Below are positions 20,802-29,544 of a DNA stretch of 64,000 nucleotides, piece by piece; the stretch's first letter is position 1; every line of letters starts with the position of its first letter. Under the pieces are notes generated by a model that worked only from the letters and a program-made list of their open reading frames with translations, did not search any database and was not told the DNA's origin. This DNA is from Sphingomonadales bacterium (GTDB taxonomy: Bacteria > Pseudomonadota > Alphaproteobacteria > CAZZKF01). A program made the translations under genes and the position numbers. The stretch is from contig JBHHWG010000003.1 in the NCBI GenBank assembly GCA_046756385.1, positions 6,298-70,297 of the forward strand. The letters run 5' to 3'.

Positions 20802-23216
20802 TTATAATGAGCGGCCCGGCCGATCGAGCTTCAGCAGCAAGGCAGGCAGCAGCATAAAGTCCGCCGGCAAGGCAATGGCAATTGTCACGGAGGCCAGAAC
20901 CCCCATCCCCCAGGTCGGTTGAAATCCGGACATCGTAAGCGTCAGGAAACCGGCGACCAGAACGAGCGTGGTGATCAGCAGCGCTTTTCCGACATTCAGG
21001 AAGGCATACCGAATTGACGCCTCCGGCCCGAGACCAAGGCTCCGGCGCGCGCGAAGATATTTGCTGAGCAGATGAATTGTATCATCGACGACGATACCAA
21101 AAGTCACCGCGGCGACGATCGATATCGCCACGCCAACCTCGCCCACAAGAAAGCCCCACAGGCCGAACGCGGTTACCGCCGGAACAAGGTTGGGCACCAG
21201 GCTGATCAGGCCCACTTTGACGCTGCGCAGGGCGATGATAAGGATGGCGGATACCAGACATAGCGCCAGCATCGTCCCCCATAACATGCTGCGAATATTC
21301 CGGTCCGACAAATGCGCGAACATGATCGGCACCCCGGTCCCCTTCAGCGGTTCGTGAAGGCCGTGGCCGGTCCCGGCGCTGTGTTTGTCGTTATCGGCTG
21401 CAAACCAGGCCGCCGCGCGTTTATCAAACGTCCTTAGCTGCCGCGAAGACAGCCCCCGGGTGGCCACGCTCACCCTGGTTCCCAATTTGGCGACGTCAAT
21501 CCGATCATTGAGATCCAGGCCGAACGGCAAGGACATCTCGTAAACGAGCAGATACTGCGCGGCGAGCGCCGCGGTTTCCGGAAGCCTGAAATGGCCCGGT
21601 TCATCGCCGTTGAAATTCTTGTTAAGCCGCTTGAGTATCTGCGTGATCGCCCGAACGTTCACGACTTCGGGCTGACGCTCAGCCCATGCCACGAACCGGT
21701 CGACCCGCTCCAGATAAGCCGGTTCGTATATGCCGCTGTCTTGTCCCGACTCGATGACATATTCGACAACATTGACCCCGGTCAGACGTTCGCGCACGAA
21801 ATCCGTATCCCGCCTCAGGGAAAAGCTGTGGTCGAAATACTCGACCCAGCTATCGTTGAGCTCAATTCTCGAAAGCCCTGTCATAAGGCCGATGACGACC
21901 GCCAAACACCCCCAGAACAGAACACGATGGCGCCGCGCCACGGCCCCGTGCCACCGCGACAAAACATGATGAAAGCGCACCGGGCGGCCCTTTCCCGCCG
22001 TCGCCGAAAACATCGACATCAGCGCCGGCAGAAAGACCACCGCGCAAAAAAAGCCGGCGCCGACACCGACCGCGACCAGATTGCCCAGATCGCGAAACGG
22101 TTTCGAATCGCTGGCGTTTAAACTGAGAAAACCAATCGTTGTGGTGGCGCTGGTCAGGAACACGGGCCACAGATTGGTCTCCAACGCCTCAATGACCGCC
22201 CGATACCGCGAGCCGCCATGGGCCTGCCGCTCAAAAAAAGACGTTAAAATGTGGACGCTGTTGGCGACCGCCAGCGTCAGCACGATTGTCGGCGCCGCCG
22301 CTGAGCCAGGATTCAGGACCAATCCCGACCAGCCCGCGAGGCCCAAAGCCGTCGACGCCGCGACAATGGCCACCGACAACACCGCCGCCATCCCCGCCCA
22401 GGACCGCAATAAGAGAGCCATCATGACCGCAATGACCAACAGCATGACCGGAAACAAAGTCGTGAGTTCGCGCCTCGTCGCCTCGGCAAAAGCGTCGGAC
22501 ATCATCACCGACCCGGTGAGGTAAAATCTGATTTCCGGGAAACGCTTCATAAGGCGCGACGTCAACAAGCGCACATGAGCGGCGGCCTGCTCGGCGGCTT
22601 GCCGCTGGCCCTCGCGATAGATCAAATTCACCACCACGCCGGTGACGTCGCCGCCCGGTGAAACGATCAGGCCGTTGAGCATCGGCTCGGACAGCGCGGC
22701 TTCCCGGACCGCCCGCAGTTCATCATCGCCAAGACCGGCCGCGCCGACAACCAGGTCACGGATGATCAGATCGTCCTCGAAGGCCCGCGAATATTGGAAA
22801 TTCGTAAGCGAGTCGACACGGGCGGCGAACGGAATCCGCCACGCCTGTTCCGTCAACATCTCGACAGCCGACAGGACTTCCCGGGTAAAAACGTCACCAT
22901 CGCGCGGCGCCAGCACAATGAGCAGATCATTGGATTCGGAAAAACGCCCCTCAAGCGCCTCGAACGCCAGCCGAAATGGGTTGTGTTTACCGAAAAAAAC
23001 GCGACTGTCAGTGGTGTGTTCGACCCGCGTGATGCCCGCGCCGACAGCCCCAACCATAAGAATGGTCACCAGGATTACCGCCCAACGCCACCGTATGGCG
23101 GCCAAGCCCAGGCGGCGCGGCAAGGCGCGTGACGGCTTCACACTTCCCGTGTTTGTTTTTTCAGTGACACCGGGCATTTGCATCAACCAGACGCTGGTCC
23201 GGTCTCCACACTGCAT
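20802..23216 (-). CDS. RND-superfamily exporter, MMPL/HpnN-like (HAE3-type) with two 6-TM bundles
   Basis: The roughly 800-aa protein has duplicated TM clusters separated by large soluble loops, the typical MMPL/SSD architecture. The start is ambiguous (Met1, Met12 or Met14). Confidence 0.82.
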   Translation of the reverse strand: MQCGDRTSVWLMQMPGVTEKTNTGSVKPSRALPRRLGLAAIRWRWAVILVTILMVGAVGAGITRVEHTTDSRVFFGKHNPFRLAFEALEGRFSESNDLLIVLAPRDGDVFTREVLSAVEMLTEQAWRIPFAARVDSLTNFQYSRAFEDDLIIRDLVVGAAGLGDDELRAVREAALSEPMLNGLIVSPGGDVTGVVVNLIYREGQRQAAEQAAAHVRLLTSRLMKRFPEIRFYLTGSVMMSDAFAEATRRELTTLFPVMLLVIAVMMALLLRSWAGMAAVLSVAIVAASTALGLAGWSGLVLNPGSAAAPTIVLTLAVANSVHILTSFFERQAHGGSRYRAVIEALETNLWPVFLTSATTTIGFLSLNASDSKPFRDLGNLVAVGVGAGFFCAVVFLPALMSMFSATAGKGRPVRFHHVLSRWHGAVARRHRVLFWGCLAVVIGLMTGLSRIELNDSWVEYFDHSFSLRRDTDFVRERLTGVNVVEYVIESGQDSGIYEPAYLERVDRFVAWAERQPEVVNVRAITQILKRLNKNFNGDEPGHFRLPETAALAAQYLLVYEMSLPFGLDLNDRIDVAKLGTRVSVATRGLSSRQLRTFDKRAAAWFAADNDKHSAGTGHGLHEPLKGTGVPIMFAHLSDRNIRSMLWGTMLALCLVSAILIIALRSVKVGLISLVPNLVPAVTAFGLWGFLVGEVGVAISIVAAVTFGIVVDDTIHLLSKYLRARRSLGLGPEASIRYAFLNVGKALLITTLVLVAGFLTLTMSGFQPTWGMGVLASVTIAIALPADFMLLPALLLKLDRPGRSL

Positions 23217-23261
23217 TACCCGGACAATAAAATCAATCGGCGCATCCAGCCTGTGTAAAAC

Positions 23262-23289
23262 TTGAAAAAATACAAATCATTGCGATAAT
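23262..23289 (+). promoter_or_regulatory. Candidate sigma-70-type promoter for the second TPR gene
   Basis: TTGAAA (23262-23267), a 16-nt spacer, then GATAAT (23284-23289), in the divergent intergenic region. Confidence 0.35.
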
Positions 23290-23394
23290 GTATTACTTCT
23301 CTTTCCGTAGCTCATGATGGCCAGAACCTATCGCTCCACGAACTCGATTGTGCGCCCAGCGCACCCGACGCATTCAATTCGAGGGTCCGGTTCC

Positions 23395-26226
23395 ATGTTC
23401 ACGAAAATACCCAAGCCAGAAGTTCGGAATTTTGGGATTCAACGCTCTAAATTCCGGCGCGGCCTGGCCCTGGTCGCATTTATCGTGGTGGCCCTGAGCG
23501 CATGCGACAACGCGGCAAACTTGACGGCCGAGGAGTATCTTCTAAGAGCCCGCGAATTTCAGGTCGCCGGAGATTTGCGCTCCAGCATTATCGAACTGAA
23601 AAATGCGCTGCAGAAAAACCCTGACAGCTCGGCCGCGCGCTTTCTTCTGGGTGGCATTTATTTGGAAATCGGCGAAGCGGAGGCCGCCGAAAAGGAGTTG
23701 CTGCGGGCGATCAGTCTCGGGATGGGCCGGACGTCGGTGGCCCTGTCGCTCGGCCGGGCGTGGCTGATGCAGGGGAAATTCCAGAATGTGCTGGAGGAGA
23801 TTTCCTTCGAATCCGGCGATTCAAACAGCTACAAGGCCTCGGTTCTCGCCTTGCTTGGCGACGCCTATCGCGGTCTGCGAATGCCGGGCGAGGCCGAAAA
23901 GTCGTTTCGCGCCGCGCTTGAAGTCGACGCAAATTCTCATGTGGCCCGGGTCGGCCTGGCCCGAGCCTACAAGGACCTCGGTGATTTGATCCAGGCAGAG
24001 GCGTATTTGCGCCAGGCTCTGGAGATTGCCCCTCAGGATTTCCACGTCAGGTCCTTACAAGGCGATCTCGCATTTGCCCGTGGCGACCATGAAGATTCGG
24101 AGCGGATCTACGCCGCGCTGCTGGCGGAAAATCCGAATTACCATGTCGCTCGAATGGGCCTGGCGCTGGCTCAAATCGGCGCACAAAAATACGACAACGC
24201 CAAAAACAACCTGGCGGCTCTGTTAAAAGTCTCCCCCAACCACGCCTATACCAATTTTCTGCGGGCTCTGGCCGCCTACCTGGATGGTGAATATGAGGAC
24301 GCGAAGACCTTCGGGGACAAGGTTTTCCGTCAGGAAAGCGCTCACCTGCCCACGCTTCTGGTGGCCGGAGCAGCAAGTTTCGCACTCGAACAGTTCGAGC
24401 AGGCGGCGAACTACCTGCTGCAATTTGTCGATCAGGTTCCCGACCATATGACAGCCCGAAAATTATTGGGTGGCACGCTGTTGCGGCTTGGTCAGTCGCG
24501 GCAGGCTTTCACCATCCTCGAACCACTTGCGGATAAAGACACCGGCGACGCCGAGCTGCTGACCATGGTTGGCGCCGCCGCCGTCCGGAGCGGCGACATC
24601 GCCAATGCCGGCCGATATCTCAGAAGCGCGGTTGCGCTTCGCCCACACGACGCCGCGCCATTGCTGCAGCTTGGCACTATCAGAATGGCGCTCGGGGAGA
24701 CGGAGGAGGGCTTAACCGACATCGAACGCGCGATCACGCTGGAACCCGGAAAGGAAGCCAACGAAATCGCCTATATCGGCATCCTGCTGCGGGCAAAGGA
24801 GTTCGAGCGGGCCCTGACGGCGGCGCGGCAGCTGGAGGCTCGACAGCCAGCAAGCCCCATTGGCGCGACCCTGGCTGGCCAGGCCCTGACTGGACTAAAG
24901 GATTTCGCCGGCGCCGAGGCCGCCTTCAGGAAGGCACTGACAATTGACCCCGGATTTTTCGAGGCCACCCACTATCTGGCGGTGATGGCATTGGGCCACG
25001 GTCAGCCCGACAGGGCGCGCTCCCTTTATCACGGCCTTTTGAAACACAAACCGAAACATCTGAACGCCTTGCTCAGCCTGGCCCAGCTTGAAACGATTGA
25101 AAAAAACCACGCGGAAGCCGGCCGCCTGCTCGAGATCGTGGTCCAGGACAATCCCGACAATGCAACGCTGCGAATATTGGTTGCTCAGGCCCATCTCAGG
25201 ACCGGCGCGCCCCTGAAGGCGCTTTCGGCGACCAACCAGATCCTGGAGAAATTTCCGCGAAATCCGTCGTTGCTGGAGGTCACCGGGAAGGCGCAACTGG
25301 CCGCCGGCCAGGTCGACGCGGCACTGGCAACCTTCGAATCCCTCATCAGATTGCAGTCTCAATCGGCCGCCGCCCGACACATGAAGGCAACCGCGCTTGA
25401 AGCCAGGGGTGATTGGAACGGGGTCGAACAGGCGATCCAGGAAGCCCTGGCCCGGGCCCCCGATTATCTACCAGCGAGGATCCTGGAAACCCGCGCACTC
25501 GGTCGAAAGCAAGACACTGACGCCGCCAGGAAACTGATCGCGGACCTGGCGGTCGAGCACCCCGACCATCCGGAGGTGATCGAACTGCAAGGCAATCTGG
25601 CGCTCCAGCAAGGCAAGTTCGATGTTGCAATCGAACATTTCAAACGGGCTCAACAGGCGGACGCCACCAGCGGGGCAGCGGTAAAGCTGTCATTGAGTCA
25701 GTGGCGGTCCGGAGATCGGCAGGCGGCGTGGGCAACGTTGGAGCAGTGGTTGACAGACTTCCCCAGCGACGTGGCCGTTCGCCTCCAACTGGCCAGCACA
25801 TACGAAGAGACCGGGCGTTTTGAGGATGCGCGGCAACATTATGAAACCGTCATCCGGCAAATGCCGGGGCACTGGATAGCAAGAAACGATCTCGCCTGGA
25901 CGCTCATGAAAATGAAAAAGCTGGACGAGGCGCTTGATCACGCGGAGTTGGCGCATACCGCCAGTTCCTCCGATCCGGCCGTTGCGGACACACTGGGCCT
26001 GATCTTGTTGCGACTCGGTGAAAATTCGCGCGCCGAACGTCTGTTGCGAGAGGCGGCCGATGGCATGCCGGAGGATCAGAACGTTCGCTATCACCTCGCT
26101 CTGGCGTTGTCCCGGGCGGGGAAACAGGAAGAATCCCAGGACCTTCTGAAAAAGATCCTGGCATCCGACCAACCCTTCCCGGAACGCGCCGCCGCACAAG
26201 CGTTGCTGGAGGGTGCCGGCCGTTAA
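23395..26226 (+). CDS. Second PrsT-like TPR-repeat protein, predicted lipoprotein
   Basis: TPR repeats run throughout, and its size and repeat organisation match the prsT product. The signal peptide has a lipobox (LVAFIVVALSAC). GAGGG precedes ATG 23395. The tracked ORF opens at 23314. Confidence 0.8.
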   Translation: MFTKIPKPEVRNFGIQRSKFRRGLALVAFIVVALSACDNAANLTAEEYLLRAREFQVAGDLRSSIIELKNALQKNPDSSAARFLLGGIYLEIGEAEAAEKELLRAISLGMGRTSVALSLGRAWLMQGKFQNVLEEISFESGDSNSYKASVLALLGDAYRGLRMPGEAEKSFRAALEVDANSHVARVGLARAYKDLGDLIQAEAYLRQALEIAPQDFHVRSLQGDLAFARGDHEDSERIYAALLAENPNYHVARMGLALAQIGAQKYDNAKNNLAALLKVSPNHAYTNFLRALAAYLDGEYEDAKTFGDKVFRQESAHLPTLLVAGAASFALEQFEQAANYLLQFVDQVPDHMTARKLLGGTLLRLGQSRQAFTILEPLADKDTGDAELLTMVGAAAVRSGDIANAGRYLRSAVALRPHDAAPLLQLGTIRMALGETEEGLTDIERAITLEPGKEANEIAYIGILLRAKEFERALTAARQLEARQPASPIGATLAGQALTGLKDFAGAEAAFRKALTIDPGFFEATHYLAVMALGHGQPDRARSLYHGLLKHKPKHLNALLSLAQLETIEKNHAEAGRLLEIVVQDNPDNATLRILVAQAHLRTGAPLKALSATNQILEKFPRNPSLLEVTGKAQLAAGQVDAALATFESLIRLQSQSAAARHMKATALEARGDWNGVEQAIQEALARAPDYLPARILETRALGRKQDTDAARKLIADLAVEHPDHPEVIELQGNLALQQGKFDVAIEHFKRAQQADATSGAAVKLSLSQWRSGDRQAAWATLEQWLTDFPSDVAVRLQLASTYEETGRFEDARQHYETVIRQMPGHWIARNDLAWTLMKMKKLDEALDHAELAHTASSSDPAVADTLGLILLRLGENSRAERLLREAADGMPEDQNVRYHLALALSRAGKQEESQDLLKKILASDQPFPERAAAQALLEGAGR

Positions 26227-26231
26227 ATTGA

Positions 26232-28250
26232 TTGGCAAAGTACGCCCGGCTCGGGAAACGGAGTGTTTTGGCTGTGTCCGATCAGTTCGATTACGCCGGG
26301 GCGTTTGATAGAAATATCGGATGGATCACCGAGTTCGAACAGCAAGTCCTTAAAGGCAAAAAGATTGCCATAGCGGGCCTTGGGGGCGTCGGCGGCATCC
26401 ATTTGCTCTCGCTCACCCGACTCGGCATTGGTTCATTTCACATTTCCGATCTCGACAGGTTCGACCTCGCCAACTTCAATCGCCAGATCGGGGCCCATCT
26501 CGGCTCGCTCGGAAAACCGAAGACCGAGGTGCTGGAGGCCATGGCACGGGACATCAACCCGGAAATATCACTCTCCACATTTCCAGACGGGGTTCACGAT
26601 CAGAATCTCGACGCCTTTTTGAACGGCGCCGACCTGTTTGTGGACGGCCTGGATTTCTTTGAGCTCGGAATTCGGTCGAAAATCTTCGCTCGCTGCAGCG
26701 CGCTGGCTATTCCCGCGATCACCGCCGCGCCCATCGGCATGGGGGTGAGCTATCTCATATTCATGCCCGGTCACATGACGTTCGAGCAATATTTTCGCCT
26801 TGCCGGCCTGGCGGCGGACCGGCAGTACGTCAATTTCGCGTTGGGCCTGACGCCAAGGGCGTTTCATCGATCCTATCTACTCGATCCCACCCGCCTCGAT
26901 CTGGCGGGCCACCGCGGCCCCTCCAGCATCGCCGCGTGCAATCTGTGCGCCGGCGTGGTTGCGGCCGAGGCGGTGAAAATTCTCTTGCGCCGGGGGCTGG
27001 TGCGTGCCGCGCCCTGGTGTCACCAGTTCGACCCCTATCAGGACAAAGCCCATTCGACTTATCTGTGGTCAGGCAATCGCAACCCGCTTCAGACCGTCAA
27101 GCGGCATATCGGGTACCGGCTCTTCGCCCGCCTGTCCCGCATTGCCCGCCCCTCCTTGGAGAAGGAGGGAACGACCGAAATCGGGAAGATTCTCAGTTTC
27201 GCCAAGTGGGCTCCCAGCGGGGACAACGCGCAGCCCTGGCGATTTGCCATTCGCGATACGGACAAGGTGGATATTTTTCTCGGTGGCCGCGAGCACCACA
27301 ATATTTATGAATATCGCGACGGTGAGCCGACCCTGATGTCGGGGGGCTTTCTCCTCGAAGGGATTCGGATCGCAGCCCGTCGGTTCGGCCGCTCCTGCGA
27401 ATGGCGCCATACCGGCACCGGCCACGATGGCGCCCATGAAATTTCGGTCTGGCTGCCCAAGGACAGGCCGGTCGACCCTGACCCCTTGTTCCCATATCTG
27501 ATGCTTCGTTCGGTGGATCGCAGGCGCTACCGGATGATGCGCCTCACGGACGAACAAAAGCAGGAACTGGAAGCCGCCCTGGGCGCCGGTCTTTCGGTGT
27601 CGTGGTTCGAAACGCCAGGCCAAAAATGGCGCATGGCCCGGATCAATGCCGCCGCCACCGACATCAGACTGCGCCTGGCCGCCGCCCACGAGGTCCATCG
27701 CAAGATTCTGGACTGGAACCACGCCTTCAGCGCGACCGGCGTCCCGGTGGCCAGTCTTGGCCTGGACAGGATGACCGTGCGGCTGATGGCCTGGTTCATG
27801 ACCAATTGGGCGCGCCTCGATTTCGCCAACCGCTTTTTGAATGCGACCGTCATTCCCCGAGTCGAGATGGACTTGCTGCCGGGACTTTATTGCGCCGCCC
27901 ATTTCCTTATCACCTGCAATACCGCCACTGAGAGCGGCAATCGGGAGACCGTGCTGCTGCGCCGGGGTCAGGCCTTGCACCGCTTTTGGCTCACGGCGAC
28001 GCGACTTGGCCTGGTCGCGCAACCCTCATTGGCCCCCCTGTGCTTCGCGAGCCACGCCCGCGAGGGCCAGCGCTTTTCGGATCGGGTTCGGCTGACGCGA
28101 GCCGCCGACCGGCTGGCGGCGCGACTTGATACCGTCAGTGGCGGTCGCGAAATCTGTTTTCTCGGGCGCGTTGGATGGCCCCGGCAGCCTGGCGGGACCT
28201 CACGATCATGGCGCAAGCCGCTGACCGAGCTATTGCAGGGAACCTCCTGA
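26232..28250 (+). CDS. Two-domain fusion: N-terminal ThiF/MoeB/HesA E1-like adenylyltransferase and C-terminal nitroreductase-fold (Acg/SagB-like) domain
   Basis: E1 Rossmann and ATP-binding motifs are present (IAIAGLGGVGG...SDLDRFDLANFNRQ). Nitroreductase signature is WAPSGDNAQPWRF. The start is TTG 26232 (or GTG 26274), 5 nt after the TPR gene stop. Confidence 0.85.
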   Translation: MAKYARLGKRSVLAVSDQFDYAGAFDRNIGWITEFEQQVLKGKKIAIAGLGGVGGIHLLSLTRLGIGSFHISDLDRFDLANFNRQIGAHLGSLGKPKTEVLEAMARDINPEISLSTFPDGVHDQNLDAFLNGADLFVDGLDFFELGIRSKIFARCSALAIPAITAAPIGMGVSYLIFMPGHMTFEQYFRLAGLAADRQYVNFALGLTPRAFHRSYLLDPTRLDLAGHRGPSSIAACNLCAGVVAAEAVKILLRRGLVRAAPWCHQFDPYQDKAHSTYLWSGNRNPLQTVKRHIGYRLFARLSRIARPSLEKEGTTEIGKILSFAKWAPSGDNAQPWRFAIRDTDKVDIFLGGREHHNIYEYRDGEPTLMSGGFLLEGIRIAARRFGRSCEWRHTGTGHDGAHEISVWLPKDRPVDPDPLFPYLMLRSVDRRRYRMMRLTDEQKQELEAALGAGLSVSWFETPGQKWRMARINAAATDIRLRLAAAHEVHRKILDWNHAFSATGVPVASLGLDRMTVRLMAWFMTNWARLDFANRFLNATVIPRVEMDLLPGLYCAAHFLITCNTATESGNRETVLLRRGQALHRFWLTATRLGLVAQPSLAPLCFASHAREGQRFSDRVRLTRAADRLAARLDTVSGGREICFLGRVGWPRQPGGTSRSWRKPLTELLQGTS

Positions 28251-28273
28251 CCGGAACGGCCGAGACCTTGGAC

Positions 28274-28304
28274 AAAAAACCCCCGAGGATTGCCCTCGGG
28301 GGTT
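28274..28304 (-). terminator. Rho-independent terminator of the PEP-CTERM gene (also a hairpin for the convergent plus-strand gene)
   Basis: A 9-bp GC-rich stem (CCCCCGAGG / CCTCGGGGG) closes a 5-nt loop. On the minus strand it is followed by a U6 run (A6 at 28274-28279 on the plus strand). Confidence 0.8.
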
Positions 28305-28324
28305 AGGACTCCCAGTGGTGAGAA

Positions 28325-29200
28325 TCAGGACCGGCGACGTCGACGATGCGCGAGCATCCCCAGGCCGATCAGACCAAATCCGAACAGCGCCATTGCAGTC
28401 GGCTCTGGAATTGCGGCGCCTCGCAGGTCAACCGACCCACCCAGCGGGAAATTCGAGACCGGGATCGTGGCGAAGGACGACCCAAGCAGGAAGTCCTGGC
28501 CGCTTGGCTGACCATTGGTATCGAAATTGGTGTTAGCGACGCCCGGGCCAAAAATATCGACATCAAAGAAGCCAGACCCCGTGCCGCTGCTGACAGTGCT
28601 CAGATCGCCCGCCACGGCCAGGAAGATAGTGGAGACCAGCGTGATTGCCGGGCCGGCGCCTGAGAAGCAGGTCGCATCGCAGACCGTACCCGTGCCTGCT
28701 CCCAGGAGATTGACAAACGGCGTGCCATTCGTGGCCGAAGCAATATCACCAGGAATACCGCCACCTGACGCGCCGCCGGAGAAATCCTGGAGCGGGTCGG
28801 AAAACAGGTCCGCGAAGCCGCCACTGAACTCGACAACGGCAACCGTTCCAGCCAATGTTATCCTTTCAACAAGGAACCCCCCGAATTCAAATGTCAGTTC
28901 GCGGCCGTTATCTCCGTTTTGCCAAAATATGACAGCCCCCGAACCATCCTTGACGGCGTCCACTATGCCGACGCCAAACAAGATGTCTCCGGGCAAGACC
29001 ACGATGTTTTCCCAAATTGTTCCGATCTCAAGAATCGAGCCCGGGGAGAACTCGATACCGGCCTTTTTCACGGCTTCCGCTGGTCCCGAGACGGAAATCA
29101 GCGCGGCGCAAAACAGCGCGCTGATGCCTTTGGCGATCCCAACCGAAACATCTCTTTTGATATGTTTAATGAATCCTACCATCTCGATATCCTTTTTCAT
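28325..29200 (-). CDS. PEP-CTERM sorting-domain protein (secreted Gly/Ser/Thr-rich cargo)
   Basis: The C-terminus IPEPTAMALFGFGLIGLGMLAHRRRRRS is a PEP motif, a TM helix and an Arg cluster. An N-terminal signal peptide ends ...SGPAEA. An alternative start at Met7 (29182) has AAGGAT upstream. Confidence 0.88.
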   Translation of the reverse strand: MKKDIEMVGFIKHIKRDVSVGIAKGISALFCAALISVSGPAEAVKKAGIEFSPGSILEIGTIWENIVVLPGDILFGVGIVDAVKDGSGAVIFWQNGDNGRELTFEFGGFLVERITLAGTVAVVEFSGGFADLFSDPLQDFSGGASGGGIPGDIASATNGTPFVNLLGAGTGTVCDATCFSGAGPAITLVSTIFLAVAGDLSTVSSGTGSGFFDVDIFGPGVANTNFDTNGQPSGQDFLLGSSFATIPVSNFPLGGSVDLRGAAIPEPTAMALFGFGLIGLGMLAHRRRRRS

Positions 29201-29298
29201 GGCCCGTACCGCTACCGCGACTTCGTTACCGATTAAGCTTCAGCGGCTGGCCGACGCCGATAGATGCGCAGTCTTTTCCGCTATCCACACGCAATAAA

Positions 29299-29314
29299 TG
29301 CAATTAGTGTGCCA
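29299..29314 (-). promoter_or_regulatory. Consensus sigma-54 (-24/-12) promoter of the PEP-CTERM protein gene
   Basis: The minus strand reads TGGCAC-ACTAA-TTGCA, an exact match to TGGCAC-N5-TTGCA. It is oriented toward the gene, about 100 nt upstream of ATG 29200. Confidence 0.7.
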
Positions 29315-29544
29315 TGCGACAAACCATTACCATTTCAATGCTTTAGCGCCCCAGGCCAACCTGTGAGATTCAAATTTGTAAGATTTTCCGACACCGGCGC
29401 TCGCGGATCATCCGCAACTACGCTTCACCTGCCCCACAACAGGGCGGACTTTCATGTGTTTTCAATCGGTTAGCGCCTGCGAACGGGGGCACCGGGAGTG
29501 TAAAGAAATCCGACAGTCAGATGGTCCGTAATTCGGCCCAGCCG

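Noticed and set aside
29281-29289. DnaA-box-like 9-mer CTATCCACA (8/9 match to TTATCCACA) in the PEP-CTERM gene leader.
   Set aside because: It is a single isolated copy with no cluster, no AT-rich unwinding element and no replication genes, so it is most likely chance.
29403-29415. Short dyad GCGGA-TCA-TCCGC about 100 nt upstream of the sigma-54 promoter, as a possible PrsR binding site.
   Set aside because: The 5-bp arms are too short to be significant, and I found no second copy upstream of the other candidate sigma-54 promoters.
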